A stretch of DNA of 64,000 nucleotides from Octopus vulgaris (lineage: Eukaryota). The position numbers were made by a program, and so were the translations under genes. The stretch lies in assembly GCA_951406725.2 (NCBI GenBank), contig OX597824.1, positions 62,682,001 to 62,746,000 on the forward strand, in the 5' to 3' direction. This document shows, in pieces, positions 37,850 to 53,063 of the stretch; position 1 is the first letter of the stretch, and the number at the start of each line of letters is the position of its first letter. Below the pieces are notes generated by a model. It worked only from the letters and a program-made list of their open reading frames with translations, ran no database searches and was not told the DNA's origin.

Positions 37850-38306
37850 GACAGGTAATTGACTTTCCAATCCCAAATTATGAGAAGGTTAATATCAATC
37901 TTAGTACAAGCAGTTAAATCCAACCAGAAACGAAATGAAGATATCTACTATATAGGCTCAGTGACCCACCCTCAAGTAACAAACAATTAGTTAATAGCAT
38001 TCTCAGACATGTTTCCGACCTACCCGCTGATAAATCTGATTTCAGACAAGCTGCTTCATACAACAACACCGTATTAGAAAAGTCCATTTTCAAGAGTAAT
38101 ATAACTTATGTTGAACCAAATGTTGATAAACCAAGAAGATAGATACAAAGGAAAATTTTATGGTACAACCCCATCCCCATATAGTATGAATATATTGAGG
38201 AACAAGGGTAGAAAATCCCTGTAACGCATAGCTAACCACTTCCCTTACTCACAGAAATATCACATGATCTGCAATAGAAATATAGTGAAAGTAAATTATA
38301 GATGCC
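37850..38306 (+). pseudogene. Naiad-like PLE fragment (RT thumb/linker)
   Basis: SDPPSSNKQLVNSILRHVSDLPADKSDFRQAASYNNTVLEKS...RKILWYNP..YSMNILRNKGRKSL*RIANHFPYSQKYHMICNRNIVKVNYRC. Confidence 0.75.
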
Positions 38307-38624
38307 CCCCGGGTCCGCGTATTTGTTATTTTTTTAAAGAACCACTTATCTAGCAACTTTGTGTTTGTCCGGTTTTATGTATGATATTTTTTATTTTAAA
38401 CGCCATTTGTTTGCTCTTTTTATGCCGACGCCACACAGAACAAACAGCGGTGTCGAATCTACTGTTTCAATTTGATTTGGCAATTCCATGTCTGCAGTAT
38501 CTTGCCAAACTTGATACTGTTATTGTCGTTAACCTCACAGTGAACTCTATGATATTGTACCTAGGAATTTCTGGCGTCTTGCATCTTGATGTGTCTAGAT
38601 TCTATGTAGTCTTTATAGCTAATT

Positions 38625-38656
<32 letters not shown>

Positions 38657-39649
38657 GTGTATAAAATTTGTAGACAAAGGGAAACGTCACTAAGTGGTTT
38701 TCCAACATGCAAAAACAAAAAAGGAGTGAAATCTCAAACCACGAAAGAACTCATTCTTATTTTATCACATTGATTGTATGCGGGCAGGAAAATTTGAGTG
38801 AATCTAAAAAGGATGTCATTTCCGTTCTTCGAAATTTCGCCCATAACGATTAAATACACTAATTAATAAATCAATAATATCAATCAATGCATTCAACCAT
38901 CTATGGCTCATCAGCGCAAATTTCTATGGGCGTATAATTATAAAACTCAATACATAACTTAGTGGCTTTTTGCTTCGGGTATAATTTTTATACACACATA
39001 ATATATTAATATTTGCAGTCTACCAACATTTTTACCCATACTTGGAACTAGTAAAAATTAATATTGAATTTTTACCCTGTATTTATTATATATATATATA
39101 TATATATATATTCATATACTTGGATAAGATTCGACCATATTTATGTGTGTGTGTTTGTGTGTATGTGTGCGTGTGTGTTTATGTGCGCGCGCATCTGTGC
39201 GTGTGTTATGTATGAATGTATGCATATGTATATGTATATTCATTATCAGATATTAGTTTCGTTTATGATACGTATAAAACTGTGTTGTTATTTATTTATA
39301 TATTTATTTACTTATTTGTTTACCGTTAGCACTTTTACAGTTAGAATATTTTCCGTTCGTCATTAATCGTTTACTCTTATGATGAACATGAACATCTGAA
39401 TACTGATCCCCTGAAGTATTCTGCTCGATTCTTCGAAAACCCACACATGCATATTCATAGACATACATGTATAAATAGATGCAACTTTAATTAGCCTCTT
39501 GTCATCTATTAATTAGGTATACTGCTCTTTATTTAGAAAGAAATCACTCTTTCGTATGAAAGAGTAATTCACTTCAAATACTTTCAGTTCATCCAATAAA
39601 ACTTAACTTCAGTATGAAACATTAGACGAACATTGTTCAACAGATATCT

Positions 39650-39881
39650 TAATTATTTACTGCCCACAAGAGACTACACACAGAGGAACAAACAAGGACA
39701 GATAAACGGATTAAGTCGATTACATTGATTCCAGTGCGTAACTGGTACCTAATTTATCGACCCCGAAAGGATGAAAGGCAAAGTCGACCTCGGCGGAATT
39801 TGACCTCAGAACGTAAAGAGAGACGAAATACCGCTAAGCATTTCACTCGGCGTGCAAACGTTTCAGCCAGCTCGCTGCCTT
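39650..39881 (-). mobile_element. SINE family A with TSD
   Basis: Reverse complement of the 4469-type SINE. TSD ttc(a/g)acagatatct on both sides. Confidence 0.9.
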
Positions 39882-41432
39882 TTCGACAGATATCTGTCAT
39901 GGAATGACCAGTCGGCAGTGGAAATAGATCAAGTGAACCTGTAAACTTATTTCCCACAGAGCTAAATCAGTGAACACAACTTAAAGTACTGAATACAAAT
40001 GATATAAAAGAAACATCATTTTGAAATTTTAAGATAAAAATGACATTTACGAAGCAGTAGTATTCGTTTGTTCGTTGATGCATATTTGCTATGCAACGGT
40101 CATTAAGGAATTTATATACGTATGTCTGTGATTGTTCGTATGTATGCATGTACGTTTGTATGCATGCCTCTGTGTGGCTGTGTGTGTGGAGAGTACATAG
40201 GATAACCATTATAATATATCTGAAATTATCTTTAGATTTCGGATAATATTACTGTGAACTTGAACATAAGAGAACACACACTCTTGACTAACGAAAATCT
40301 AATACGAAAATCTGAACTGTAGAATTATGCGGATGATATGCAACAACACTGAAATCCTTTTAACAAGAGCGTTATATTTGACCACACAACCCCATTTCCT
40401 CTCTGTAATGTCTTCATTTCATCTATTGGTTCGTTTATCTATTGTTAATACATTCAAATCTCCGAGGTTTCAACAGATGAACTCATTCTATCTTTTACAC
40501 CGATTTGTAATTTTATGTAATGAAATGTAATCGTTTTCGTTGGAACATACTGTAACGGAATTCGGAAGATATCGATGTATCTTCAATAATAGATATAATG
40601 AGACCGCTTCAGAACATTGGGTTAAAATTTGAGAAATTGCGTTATTATACTGAACACGAAGTCTGTTGGTAACAGAATATCTAAAATACCGGATGAAATC
40701 CAGTATACTATAAATTTGTGACCCAGGGCGTTCTCACATTAAATTACACTGATATTTATACTATTTTGAAATAAAGTGCCGGCTACGTATCACATTGAAC
40801 TAACTCAATTCCACACACAGCTGCATTTAGTTATTCCCTTGTGCATGTATGTGTGTCCCTGCGTGTGTATGTGCATAAGTGCACAGGCATAGGTGTGTGT
40901 GAAATACGGTCAGATAGTCTTTCCGACACATGTTAAACACACATAAGTATCCGAGTTTAATATTTTGTTACTTATATTCCCTAATTGGTACTTTAAGTTC
41001 CATCTGGAAGAATAGATTTCCTCAATTCGTAAATCCGCTAAAACTTCAAAATGCACTTGGTCTCATTGTAAGAATGCAATTATGTGGGAAATGGTGTTTA
41101 GTCCTCGCAGTACGAAGTCGGTGGTTATGGGACATCAGAATAGTTTCATTACTAAACGCATCTTAAAAGGAAGCCATTAAAATTATGCCTGTGTTAGAAC
41201 TTAATGAATTTCGCGGTCTCTTTTATGTGTGTTTTTCAATTTCGGTCGTTCTACATTCAATTTTGTGGTTATCAGAATCTGCAGAGTATGCGCCTCAGAC
41301 GTTTAATTTTCCGTGTGACTTAGCAGTGCTAGCGAGAGCATGCACGACTATATATGTATTTTCAGTGCATGAAAGAGAGAAATTCAATTTCAATATTTTA
41401 CTGTGGACATTTGTCATTTTTATTTATATAGT

Positions 41433-41820
41433 ACTAGCAGTAATACCCGTTGTTGGTCGGGTAATTACTTTTACTCTTTCTCGAGAGCAACATTCAAGTA
41501 AGTATATATATATACAATTTATAGACAACTATGCCTAGATCATTGATATGATATTTTATAGCAGTATATTTCAAAGTCGTTCAAAGAGAACAGATGCAAA
41601 TAAACTAGAGGAGCGAACGAACATACGCATTCTTTTGTGTATGAAACTAAACTTAAGAACATATATTAGATGGTATTTCTCACCCACCAAAAAAACATTG
41701 ACTACGACACTAATAAAAATCTGCTTTGACCGGTGTCAAAGAACGTGTTTTCGAACATAATACAGAAATGGAAGATTAATACTTCATGGCATTTTGAATA
41801 AACAGAACATATAGATATAT
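41433..41820 (-). mobile_element. Probable non-autonomous Helitron
   Basis: Begins CTAGcagtaatacccgttgttggtcgggtaa (3' CTAG end plus subterminal hairpin on the minus strand). Other boundary uncertain. Confidence 0.45.
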
Positions 41821-42779
41821 GTATTTATTGTTTATTTCTTAAGTTATTCATTATATATTTGCATTTTAATCGAAATATACTTATATAGAGACAGTATTGA
41901 CGTATACGATTGAAGAAGGATTTTCTGGAAAAATGCTTCAGCATATATATGTGTGTGCGTGTGTGTGTAAACAATATTCACATAAACACAAACATTTTCA
42001 AATAGACAGACGTGTGTGAGTTTGTGTAGGCATGGGCGTGTATGTATGTCTGTTACTCAATACATAGAATTTTTGTATCAGAATGTTTTCTTCATTACAT
42101 CTGTATACAGATATATACAAACAAGCTCATATGCATGTGGCACATGTGTTTATGTGTATGCAGGAGTGTGCGCAATAGAAAACAATGAAAATGGTGTATT
42201 GCAATTTATTGGGACTGTCACTTATATTCCATTCTCAGAAGCCGATACAAATCCCCAACTAACAGTATGTCACACATTAACACTCTCTCAGAGGAACACA
42301 GACACATATACTCTCATGCACACACATTCATACATCGATTTATACACAGATATATATATATAACAAATTATATATATATATATATATATAATGCATACAT
42401 GCATACTTACATGCATACATACACACACACACCTACGTATGTACGTGCGTACATATATACATGCATGTATACATACATACATGCATGCATGCATACACAC
42501 ATACATACACACTCACATACATACATACATACATACATACATACATACATACATACATACATACATACATACATACTGGCTCAGTGAATATAGATAAATC
42601 AACAGAAGATGGTTATGTTTTGCTAATGTCCTGTACTAATCGTGAGTGGCAGTTTGCAATTTCCCCTGACAAATTTTGCTATGAACGTTTAAAACATTTT
42701 TGAAAGAACCAGCCGAGGATAAAACACCGATAAATTATTGAAAATAGATAATAGTATAAATACCGAACAATTAGGTATC

Positions 42780-43179
42780 TTTTCTTTTCTACTCTAGTAA
42801 AAGGCCCGAAATTCTTTGGGAAGGGGCCAGTCGATTAGATCGACCGCAGTACGCAATTGGTACTTAATATATCGACCACGAAAGGATGAAAGGTAAAATC
42901 GACATCAGCGGAATTTGAACTCAGAACGCAAAGACAGACAGAATACCTATTTTTTTATTACCCACAAGGGGCTAAACACAGAGACGACAAACAAGGACAG
43001 ACAAATGGATTAAGTCGAATATATCGACCTCAGTACGTAAGTGGTACTTATTTAATCGACCCCGAAAGGATGAAAGACAAAGTTGACCTCGGCGGAATTT
43101 GAACTCAGAATGTAGCGTCAGACAAAATACCGCTAAGCATTTCGCCCGGCTTGCTAAAATTTCTGCCAGTTCACCGCCT
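42780..43179 (-). mobile_element. Dimeric SINE family A
   Basis: Two tandem core domains with different tails. Degenerate TSD cgaacaa(t/a)tagg(t/a)atc. Confidence 0.85.
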
Positions 43180-45184
43180 CGAACAAATAGGAATCGACTT
43201 GATATACGGCCATATAGCTAAGGCATTTATTAATTTTATAGATATTCTGATATTTCTGATAACAATTTAATACATCTACATTAATGATTTGTATTTGGAG
43301 ACGTACATTTGGAGCGTAATAGTACTCTTATTCTATATATGAATTCTTAATTTTAAAATGACCAAATTAAATGTTTGCCATTCATCATAAACCTCCCAGT
43401 GTTGGTAAGACCATCTTCCCATATCCTCTTCTTGATCAGCTGCAAGGGAAACCCCTGCCAATGAGCAAGTGCTAGATGAATCACATATTAAATAGGAAAG
43501 ATTGTTTCAAGTGGACAGTACGAAGTCTGTGATAGTGGGCACAATATACGAAAAAAGAATATGTGACCCTGCTGATTTGGATTTGACTGGCTAAAACTAC
43601 AATGAAATCACCTAGCGCGTACAATAAAAATGCTATATGGTTGAGTATGGACAGATAGCAAAAGAAATACATTGTCACTGTACCTGAGAAAATGTAATGT
43701 CTGCATCAAATATAGGGAACCCCACCATACAAATAGTTAGTATCGCTATGAATGAAGAATTCCAATGGCCAGATAAATTTCTTTGTCTATAATGTGGTGG
43801 TGGATTAGAAAATGTTTAGAGTTTATAAATTAATGGATACAAAGAACGTGAGCCACGTTACGTTCGCTGTTTATCCAGGTTAAAACAAAATAATGTTTGC
43901 TACCATTAAAGAAAATATTTAAACTATTTAAAATGTTTTGTAACCAGACATAAAATTTTGAGTACACTATTTTTTTGTATCTAAAGGGAGTAACAATGTT
44001 ATATTGTTATGTTTCGAGATGGTTACTTATTTTCTTGGCAAATAAAGATACCCGATACATATTCTTACGTCACTCGTTTATTTTTGTTGTTATCCTGTCT
44101 TATGTCCATTGTCTGGAAATTTTTCGTCACATATCTGTGACCTCTTCATTCATTCTACTTATATCCTCTTGTTCTGTTTAGTCCATTCTGTCTTTCTAAG
44201 ATGTGTATCCTTATCTGTGAATGCGTTTGTGCGTGTATCTGTGTGTCTATGTGTCTTGCATGTGTGTTTTATGTGTGAGTATATGGGTTTTGCTTACTAT
44301 ATTGCTTGTATCCGTGCATTTTATATAGTCTTTTCTTTCATATGCTTACTTATTTATCTCTATTTCTTATATTTCATCATAAGTATGTACATGTATGTCT
44401 TTTGTGTATGTGTATATATGGATTTATGCATTTTACTATTTGTATCTGTGTCCTTTTCTTTCTGTCTATAGCCGTCGCATTACATAGTGTGGAGGTGGCG
44501 GATATTATTGTTGCATTTGTGTGTTTTGTGTTGAATCTTGTTCTATCTGTTTACGTTGTAGAACAATTGTTGTTCATGCATAGGAATGATGAGACATTCA
44601 GCTTTTCGGGCATTTTTTCCGTGGATATATGTTGTGGCTGCAATATAAAAGACAAAATTAGCATAAACTCATGAATGAATGATTATAAAGCCAATGAAGA
44701 TCTGACAGGTATCTAGAGTACTTACAGATGCAAACCAGTTGTGTGAAATTTAAGAAAGGCTTGGAGTTCGATTTCGTCGTATACGAAATGCCCTTTCTAG
44801 GCAAATGGAGCATTGTTGTATAAGAGGCTGTGGTGCTTGCGTGCGTGTCTCTATGCGTGGGTACGTGTGTGTGTGTGTGCACACGTGGTGTTTAAATAAA
44901 ATAGATGTTCTACGACAGCATAAATTGATTTATTCAATTACAGCTTACGAATGGCCTCATGCTACTGAAATATATTAATCTACTAGGGTTTTTTATCCGA
45001 CAAACGCATTATCTATCGTTTGATAATAGAAAGTGCAAACTTTTCAGAAAGTAAAATCAGTAATAAGAAATATTTTGCAGGAAAATAGGAGTTGGTCATA
45101 ATCACAAATGGAAATATAGATTTTCATTCTAAATTTTGGATGATATAAAACTGGCATTCAATCACGAGGACAAGGGTCTCATTT

Positions 45185-45452
45185 GATCTGTGCAGCGGCA
45201 CAGCATTGTCGTGAGATTAACGTGGAAGTCACAGAGCACTCAACACACAACAGACACGCATGCCCTTAAAGAAGTCCCCTGAGAGTTTTAGCGCGACACT
45301 GATTGACAGGAACTTTGAAATTCTGGTACTACACGCATTTGCTAGCTGAGCGGACTGTAGTAACGTGATATAAAATGTCTAACTGAAGACCAAAATGTAC
45401 TGCCGGGAATCGAACTCATGGCTTACGATCATGAGCCGAATACCACTAAGAC
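45185..45452 (-). mobile_element. Third SINE family (diverged)
   Basis: tRNA-like head on the minus strand (gagttcgattcccggcag). Related fragment at ~56884-56945. Confidence 0.55.
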
Positions 45453-45634
45453 ATGTATGGAATTGAATATTTACAGATACGCTACAGAAACGTGTGTAGG
45501 ATGAATCTTTCAGCCACATAAAGCCACATATATTTATATTTTCCATACTACCACTGAGCATTTACATTACAGCAGTATCTATCCACCTTATATTAAAACT
45601 TCATTTTCTTTTTGTGGTATTCTTCAAATATCCA

Positions 45635-45840
45635 TTAAGCTGGTGAGTTGGTTGTATCGTTAGCACAGCGGTCATAATAGTCAGCAGTATTTCTTCCGGT
45701 TTTATATAATCAGTTCAAATTCGGCTAGAGTCAACTTTGCCTTTCATCTCAATGAAATAAGTATCAGCTGAACACTACACTTGATATCATAAATTTGTTC
45801 TTTACCCTCAAATTTTCGGGCCTAAAAGTGAAATCATTAT
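45635..45840 (+). mobile_element. Diverged SINE family A
   Basis: ggtgagttgg...cgttagcac...agttcaaattcggctagagtcaactttgcctttcatc. Confidence 0.7.
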
Positions 45841-46481
45841 TCAAATACCCATTGAATAATTTAAAACCCAAGCTCTTAATTTTATAGCCCTCTGTTTATC
45901 ATATTTAACGTATGATAAACCGTTGGCAGGCATGACGCCGCGGTTTTCGTCCGAGACAAATACATATCGGAGTAAGACAAAAATGAATAGTTCCAGTGTG
46001 ATTTACGAGAATGGAGATGCATATCGGCCCTTTCAGATTTTGTCAATCACATGCACTTACAGTCGCCTGCTGAATAAAAGTCCAACATCGTCCCAAATAT
46101 TATTTATGAAATATTAAATAATACATTGACTGATATTGCGAATAGACGCCGAACTGAATATCAACTCCTTATATTCAGTTGAAGCAGAACTGAATTATAA
46201 AATAACCACTTATATATCATATGCAATGTATATACAGTGTTGAACCATTTTCTTTATTTCATTAAGTCTTAATTTTCACTAAGTGTATACAATTTCCAAG
46301 TTTCAAATTCTGAAAAGGTAAAGTGAAAACAATGTTCTTAATAGGGAGAACGGTTTGCTGTTAACGAATATATTTTCCCTACGGAGTATCAGTTGTGATA
46401 ACTAATGCCTAACGACGACAATGCAAAAGGCATTGGAAATGAAGCAATCGCATTCTGATAAAAAGAAACGATAAAGGTTTC

Positions 46482-46714
46482 GTATTTCTTTATTGCCCAC
46501 AAAGGGCTAAACATAGAGGGGACAAACAAGGGCAGACAAAGGAACTAAGTCGTTTAGATCAACCCCAGTGCGTAACTGGTACTTATTTTATCGACCCCAA
46601 AAGGATGAAAGGTAAAGTCGACCGCGGCGCAATTTGAACTCAGAACGTAGCGGCAGACGAAATACTGCTAAGCGTTTCGCCCAGCGTGCTAGCGTTTCTG
46701 CCAGCTCGCCGCCT
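46482..46714 (-). mobile_element. SINE family A
   Basis: Full-length reverse-complement copy with a degenerate TSD. Confidence 0.9.
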
Positions 46715-47235
46715 TAGAAAGGATAATGTTTTCTTGATTGTTTAGATGTTCTGTACTGGTTGTTAGGCTTCGAAGGTTGACGAGCCTTATGAATTTTATT
46801 CCAGAGATGTCGATAAAACTAGGTAGTTCAAGGCATAGCAGATTCACGGAAACAGGTGTGTATGTGTGTGTGTGTGTATGTGCGCACGTGGCATGGCAAT
46901 CTAATTTGTAATGCTATGGATATTTGTAAACAGTTCTCATCGACAATCTTTGGATGATGCCAATCGGGAATGGCACTGCTTGTTCTTGCAGACATGAGTT
47001 TGTATAGGAATATATACATAGAAAGAATAACTACAATTCATAGGTTGACGCTGGTGATGCTATAATAACCGCCCTTCAGCATACATGCAAGCACATACAT
47101 AAATGAATACATATATATTAATTATTTTCCTATATATAAATATATGTCTGTGTGTGTGCGTGTGTCTGTATCTATAAATATATATATATATATATGTGTG
47201 TATATATACACATATGCATGTGTGTGTGTGTATCT

Positions 47236-47287
<52 letters not shown>

Positions 47288-47290
<3 letters not shown>

Positions 47291-47425
47291 TAAACAGTAA
47301 AAATAATTACAGACATGGACAAGAACATGAAACGCCACAGAGACGACACAAGAACCACAGGACGGGACATTCGAAGCCCTCAGTCATCAGTCAAGAACCA
47401 GATCATCTTAGCAATTTCGGCTATA
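47288..47425 (-). mobile_element. Short probable PLE pseudo-LTR 3' end
   Basis: Minus strand begins with an HHR-like 3' half (ccGAAATTGCTAagatg) and ends in (TA)n. Confidence 0.35.
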
Positions 47426-47573
47426 CACATACATACATATACAATCATATGAGTTGTTTTCTATGAAAGAATACCTACGATAAGGCAGGGCTGAATACAC
47501 AGAATAGTAGAGCAAATACACTTTATATAAATGTGATTTCGTAACAGACAGTTGTACAAATGCTTAAATGCTA

Positions 47574-47703
<130 letters not shown>

Positions 47704-47804
47704 TATTTATATATATATATATATACATAGATACATACATACATACATACATACATACATACATACATACATACATACATAAAACATGCATAGATACATA
47801 TTTA

Positions 47805-47965
47805 CGTGAGTGGTTATGTGGCAAACAGTTTTCCTCCCAATCACATGTCTTTGAGCTCAGTCCCGCTGCGTGGTACCTTGGGCAAGAGTTTTCTACAATA
47901 ACCTCGGGCTGACGAAAGCCTTATCAGTGGATTTCGCATACGGAAACTCAATAAAAACCATCGTG
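47805..47965 (+). mobile_element. SINE family B fragment
   Basis: gagtggttatgtggcaa...tcagtcccgctgcgtggtaccttgggcaag...cggaaact. Confidence 0.75.
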
Positions 47966-48069
47966 TGATTGTGTGTGTGTGTGTGTAGGTGTGTGTAAGT
48001 TAATTTTATTTTTGCATTTTCTTCCTTCGGGAAAATACGATATCAATGAAATATATTCACAGTCGTAAC

Positions 48070-48282
48070 GTACCTAATTATTGTTCTCAGATTTTGCACA
48101 AAGCCAGCAAGGTTAGAGGAGAGAATAAGTTGGTTACATGGACCCCAGTGTTCATCTGCTACCGCGAAATAATGAAAGTCAATGTCGACTCCAACCGAAT
48201 TTGTACAGTGAACGTACCGATTGATGAAATACTGCTATGCATTTTGCCTTGCATTCTAATGATTCTGTCATCTCGCCCTCTT
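48070..48282 (-). mobile_element. Diverged SINE family A
   Basis: atgaaagtcaatgtcgactccaaccgaatttg...gaaatactgctatgcattttgcc...ttctgtcatctcgcc. Confidence 0.6.
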
Positions 48283-49346
48283 CGTTATATGCATATTTCT
48301 TCATACACATTTTCTTTACGCTACACCACATATAATGATTCGTTTTTCAAACTTAACCCTATCGGACAAAATCTGAAGACCCGATCCAACTAAATATTGG
48401 AGAGAACATTAAATAAAGCGGTTATTCTAAATAATCAATTAATCGTGACACTAATCGATTAATTATAATCCTATATCTCTACTCATAACATGAACATCTC
48501 TGATCATTTTCCAATATCTTTTTATGGTTTTAGCGAGCACCTTAGTAAGGCCATTGAAATTCAACTTAATTCTAAAGTGAAAATCTACCATCCAGAGAAG
48601 TCGAATTATTATTCCATCATTCATCTCATAGCGTTCCACTAAAGTTATCTCAATCAGTCATAAAGCTGAGATGAATTGCTCAAGTTAAGACATTTGTTAA
48701 GTAGATTTAACTATATCACACATCATGTCTCGATGCTTATCCTATATACTTCTGGAAATTTGCAGCGTTTATAAATGCACTTAATGTATATTATAGATTC
48801 GCAGATTTTCATTCTATCGCTCACGTATTTATATGCAATGGACAATTTAAATAACTTTATATCAATGGGGTGTATTATATTTAACGGAAATACTAATTAG
48901 CTTATTCCGATTAGACTCATAGTTGTGGGGTAGTTTGCATTTGCAAATCTGCTGACTTCAGCTCTGTACAATATTGCCATAATGAAATTTGATGTTCATA
49001 ACGATGTGTCTTAAAATCTCTCTACCACATGACGTTAATAACATACCTTTAGCATATTTACAACAAATTCAAGAGTGGTAGATAGGATTCAAATTTCAGT
49101 GACACTTCGTGGTATTTGGTTTTGTAGTCTCACAGTTTAAGTTTAATATGCTCCGATATTGCCTTGATTTAAAGACAAATATGTCAGTTAATCAATACCA
49201 GAAGTATATTAGAATAAACGTACTTTTATGTAGTGTACTCTTCTTATAAAATGTTCATTCTATGATCGATTCTAAACATTTGGATTTAATTTACAAATAC
49301 TGTTTTCAGTTAAGTACAGAAATGATCGCATATGATTTATAATATA

Positions 49347-49696
49347 CTAGCAGTATCGCCCGGCGTTGCTCAGGTTTGTAAGGGAAATAACTATAAAGCA
49401 TTTTTAGAGAGTTATAGCCAAAAAATTTTTGAGAGTTAAAAAAGGTGGAGTTGCGTCCCCTAGACGGTCTGTGGTTTGGGTTTCTGATTCTCGACCCCAT
49501 GTCGAATTTATCGATTTTTTTCAGAACTGGGGGAACTTTTCAAAATTTTCGCTGCGTTAGTTTTGAATTATGACATTGGGCTATGTGTGTGTCAAGTTTC
49601 ATCAGAATCGGTTGAAAGCCGTGGTCAGGGTGAGGGTACGAGAAAACAGACACACAGAAACACGCACAGACAAACTGCCGTTTATATAGAGAGAGA
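49347..49696 (-). mobile_element. Non-autonomous Helitron
   Basis: Minus strand starts TCtctctctatataaacgg and ends cctgagcaacgccgggcgatactgCTAG (subterminal hairpin plus CTAG). Sits between A and T with no TSD. Confidence 0.75.
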
Positions 49697-50319
49697 TTAA
49701 ACTGGTTAATTTCCTATTAGGGTTTATGCATTGAATAGTATTAAGAACAGCAAGATTACGGAATATTGGAATACGTTTCAGTGGACAGTTTCCTCATAGC
49801 TGGAGATCTACACATAATTGAATAGAATATATACAATACTTTCGAAAATTGATTTCAAGTTAAAATAATTTTAATATTATACTGAACATTATATTTACAT
49901 ATTAACCCGTTCGTGCCGAGATTTTTCTAGTCAATGAAATTGCCTGAAAATTCACAGATAGTATTATTTTGACTGAAATACCAATTGAAAAATATTCATT
50001 GAAATACGTTTGATACAGACTACATACGCGTTAAGAACATGCTTCATTCTTTAATACAGATCATACACAAATCACAATTTGTATCAAGTATTTGTTTTAT
50101 ACCCTTATAAATTCAGTGTCATTAATAGGTTAAGTATTGCTGTGAATAAGTCCCAATAATTCACTTTGAGGTTGACTCTATCACCTCAAAGCAACAACAA
50201 ATTAACTATCAATTCTATAATGTCATCACATTTAACAAAGATTTCATAATTACTCCACAGAAGTATTTACGAGTACGTGTACCTGAAGGATTATCAAAGA
50301 AGCTTGATATATATATATA

Positions 50320-50498
50320 TTTCTTTACTACCCACACGGGGCTAAACACAGAGGGGTTAAACAAGGACAGACAAACGGATCAAGTCGATTACATCGACCC
50401 CAGTTTGTATCTGGTATTTAATTTATCGACCCCGAAAGGATGAAAGGCAAAGTCAACCTCGGCGGAATTTGAACTCAGAACGTAACGACAGTCGAAAT
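50320..50498 (-). mobile_element. SINE family A, 5'-truncated
   Basis: Core and tail match 4469-4681. Confidence 0.85.
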
Positions 50499-52769
50499 AA
50501 TATATATATATATATATACATGCATATATATCTAGGGCAACATTTCCTGCAATGTGCTTTAAATATATTAAGAAATTAATTAATTTGTTGTTCATAACGA
50601 TGTGTCTTGAAAACCCGCTACCACATGCCATTAATAACATCAATTTATAATATTTACAACAAATTGAAGAGTGGTAGATGGGATTCAAAATTCACTGACA
50701 TTTCGTGGTATTTGACATTCATCGGCAAGAATTTTGGATTACATATTTAGCGAATATAACTGTCCAACCAAACATCACAGTTGATAGGAACGGTGTCCAG
50801 CGCACCTGGTCTATTGCACTATGTTCTTAAACATAACAAAGTTGTCATTATTTATGGCTGTCTGACCTGGAACCCACACAGACAAGTGCACGGCTTTACC
50901 AATACTACAGAGACGTGGTTCCAAAGAATAATGCTAAAGATATGCTAGACAGACAGAACAATGAAGGAACTCCTTGAACAAGAAACAAGCATGATACGAC
51001 GTGACAATAAACACAGTTAATTGCACGCCATATAGTAAGAAATGTCCTTAGGCAATTAGTCACAGCAAGGAAAGGGAGAAGTAGAAGAGACCACAAAGAG
51101 CAAGCAAGAAATTAAGGGATGGTCTTTTAAACTAGCTTTAGAATGATCAGACAAATAATACACGTCTGAGACAGAAATGCATGAAGATGCATGATCGATA
51201 AAGTCTTTAGGCATAGAACATGTAATGGGAGTGTTGTCCTAGACACGTTTCTGAATGCTTTCTGAGCTACACGTTTCAGCTTATATGTATAGGTTAGCAC
51301 TAGCAATCCTTTTAGGAAGTATTTGTGATAATAGTTGGCACATATTTGTTGATTTTCCATGCCCCAGAACTATATGTAAGGCTAGTGTCTACGTTTACCT
51401 ATAGAACTCTATTCCTTATACTTATTAGTTCCGTTTATTTCACAATAGTGTTCGTCAACTGAAGGTAGCTTCAGCCTGATTTATATTGATGTAATTTCTT
51501 GGACATTTTCCTACTTGTGATGGAAATAAAAGCAGAGGACTTGCACATAGCTATCACTACAAACAAAGCACCATCATTTTACTGCGGAAAAATGAATGTA
51601 ACATACAGCCAGTTAGAGGATATCTTGAATGTTGAGATTCCATCATTAAATGAAGTAGAGAAAAGAGGATTCTCTACATCAAGTCAAGTAATGGGCAGAC
51701 AAAAACAGTTTCAACAGCTGAAACACCAATTCTTTTTAGAAAAAAAGATGGAATAAAACTTGTATACAGTGTACGTAGCAGTGAGTTATTTTTAACATGT
51801 GACGTTTTGTATTCCGACCATTAAGTAATCTTATCTACATACACACATGCGCTCATATATACATATAAATGTCTGAGCGAAAATATTAATGTGCGTGTGC
51901 ATTTATGGGTTTGTGAGTGTATGTGTGCGTGTGTGTGTGTTTATGGGTTTATCTCTCTCTCTGTGTGTGTGTGTGTGTGCGTGTATAGGAGGGGAGAAAT
52001 CATATAATGGAATTAGTGAATTTAGATTCAAACATTGTGACCGAGCAGTCATGTTCATATTTTGTTAAATTATGCGCCTAATACATCAGATGTATCAGAG
52101 ACGTAAGACACGTACAAACTTTATGCATACCTTTCCATTGTTACTTACACTTTTTGTTTCAGTTATATAACTATGAATAAACGCTTATATATATTAATGT
52201 TTTAATATTATTTCTGTATAGAAGGCTTTGAGCTAGCAGAATTGTTACCACACCGAGCAAAATGCATAGAGGTAAACCGTCCGTCTTTACGCTCTGGGCT
52301 GATATTCCACCGACGTCCACTTTGCCTTTCATTTTGGAATCAATGTAATAAGGACCAGTTCGACATTGGAGGAATATGTAATCAACTTATCCCACCAATC
52401 TCGATAGTATTGGTCTTGTGCCAAAATTAGAAATCAATATTATTTCAGTAGCATTTTTGTTTCAGTGGTAATTTGTTTTAGTTTCAACAATGGAAAACTA
52501 AGCATATATACTAAATGTCATTTTTTAAAGAAAATTTGATTAATTTTTATTTTACTGCGCCGATTGTATAGAATACGGTAATAAAGTAAGAGGACAACTA
52601 AAGTTAAAACGAATTAGAATGTCAGTAAAATAAAATTATATGAGAATAATAACACTAAAATTAAAAGGAGAAATACTGCAATATTTTATTGATATTTGTC
52701 TAAGAAAATAATTGGTCGAAATTGTAGGAAAATATGCAAAAAAAAAAGAAAAAAAACCCAATAGAATTT

Positions 52770-53063
52770 TGGCAAAAGACTAGTGATTTGCGAGGATGGA
52801 TTACAATGAACCCGGTAATCAACTGGTACTTATTCATCGACGTCGAAAGGGCGAAAAGTCACATTATTGCCAAATTTTACTTCGGTTGAATTTGAACTCA
52901 CAGCATGAGATGAAATGCCTCTAAGCATTTCAATCTGTATGCTAACAATTCTGCCTTATGATAAAGTCGGCCTCGGTGGAATTTGAACTCAGAAAGTAAA
53001 AATGACCGCAATTCCGCTAGGCATTTCGGCCAGCGTGCTAATTATTTTGCCAGCTCAGCGCCA
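52770..53063 (-). mobile_element. Diverged or tandem SINE family A copies
   Basis: Two aatttgaactca B-box segments and the head end gccagctcagcgcc. Confidence 0.7.

Noticed and set aside
43350-43900. Possible decayed LINE ORF2 3' fragment
   Set aside because: Only a vague Cys motif; I could not reconstruct a convincing translation.
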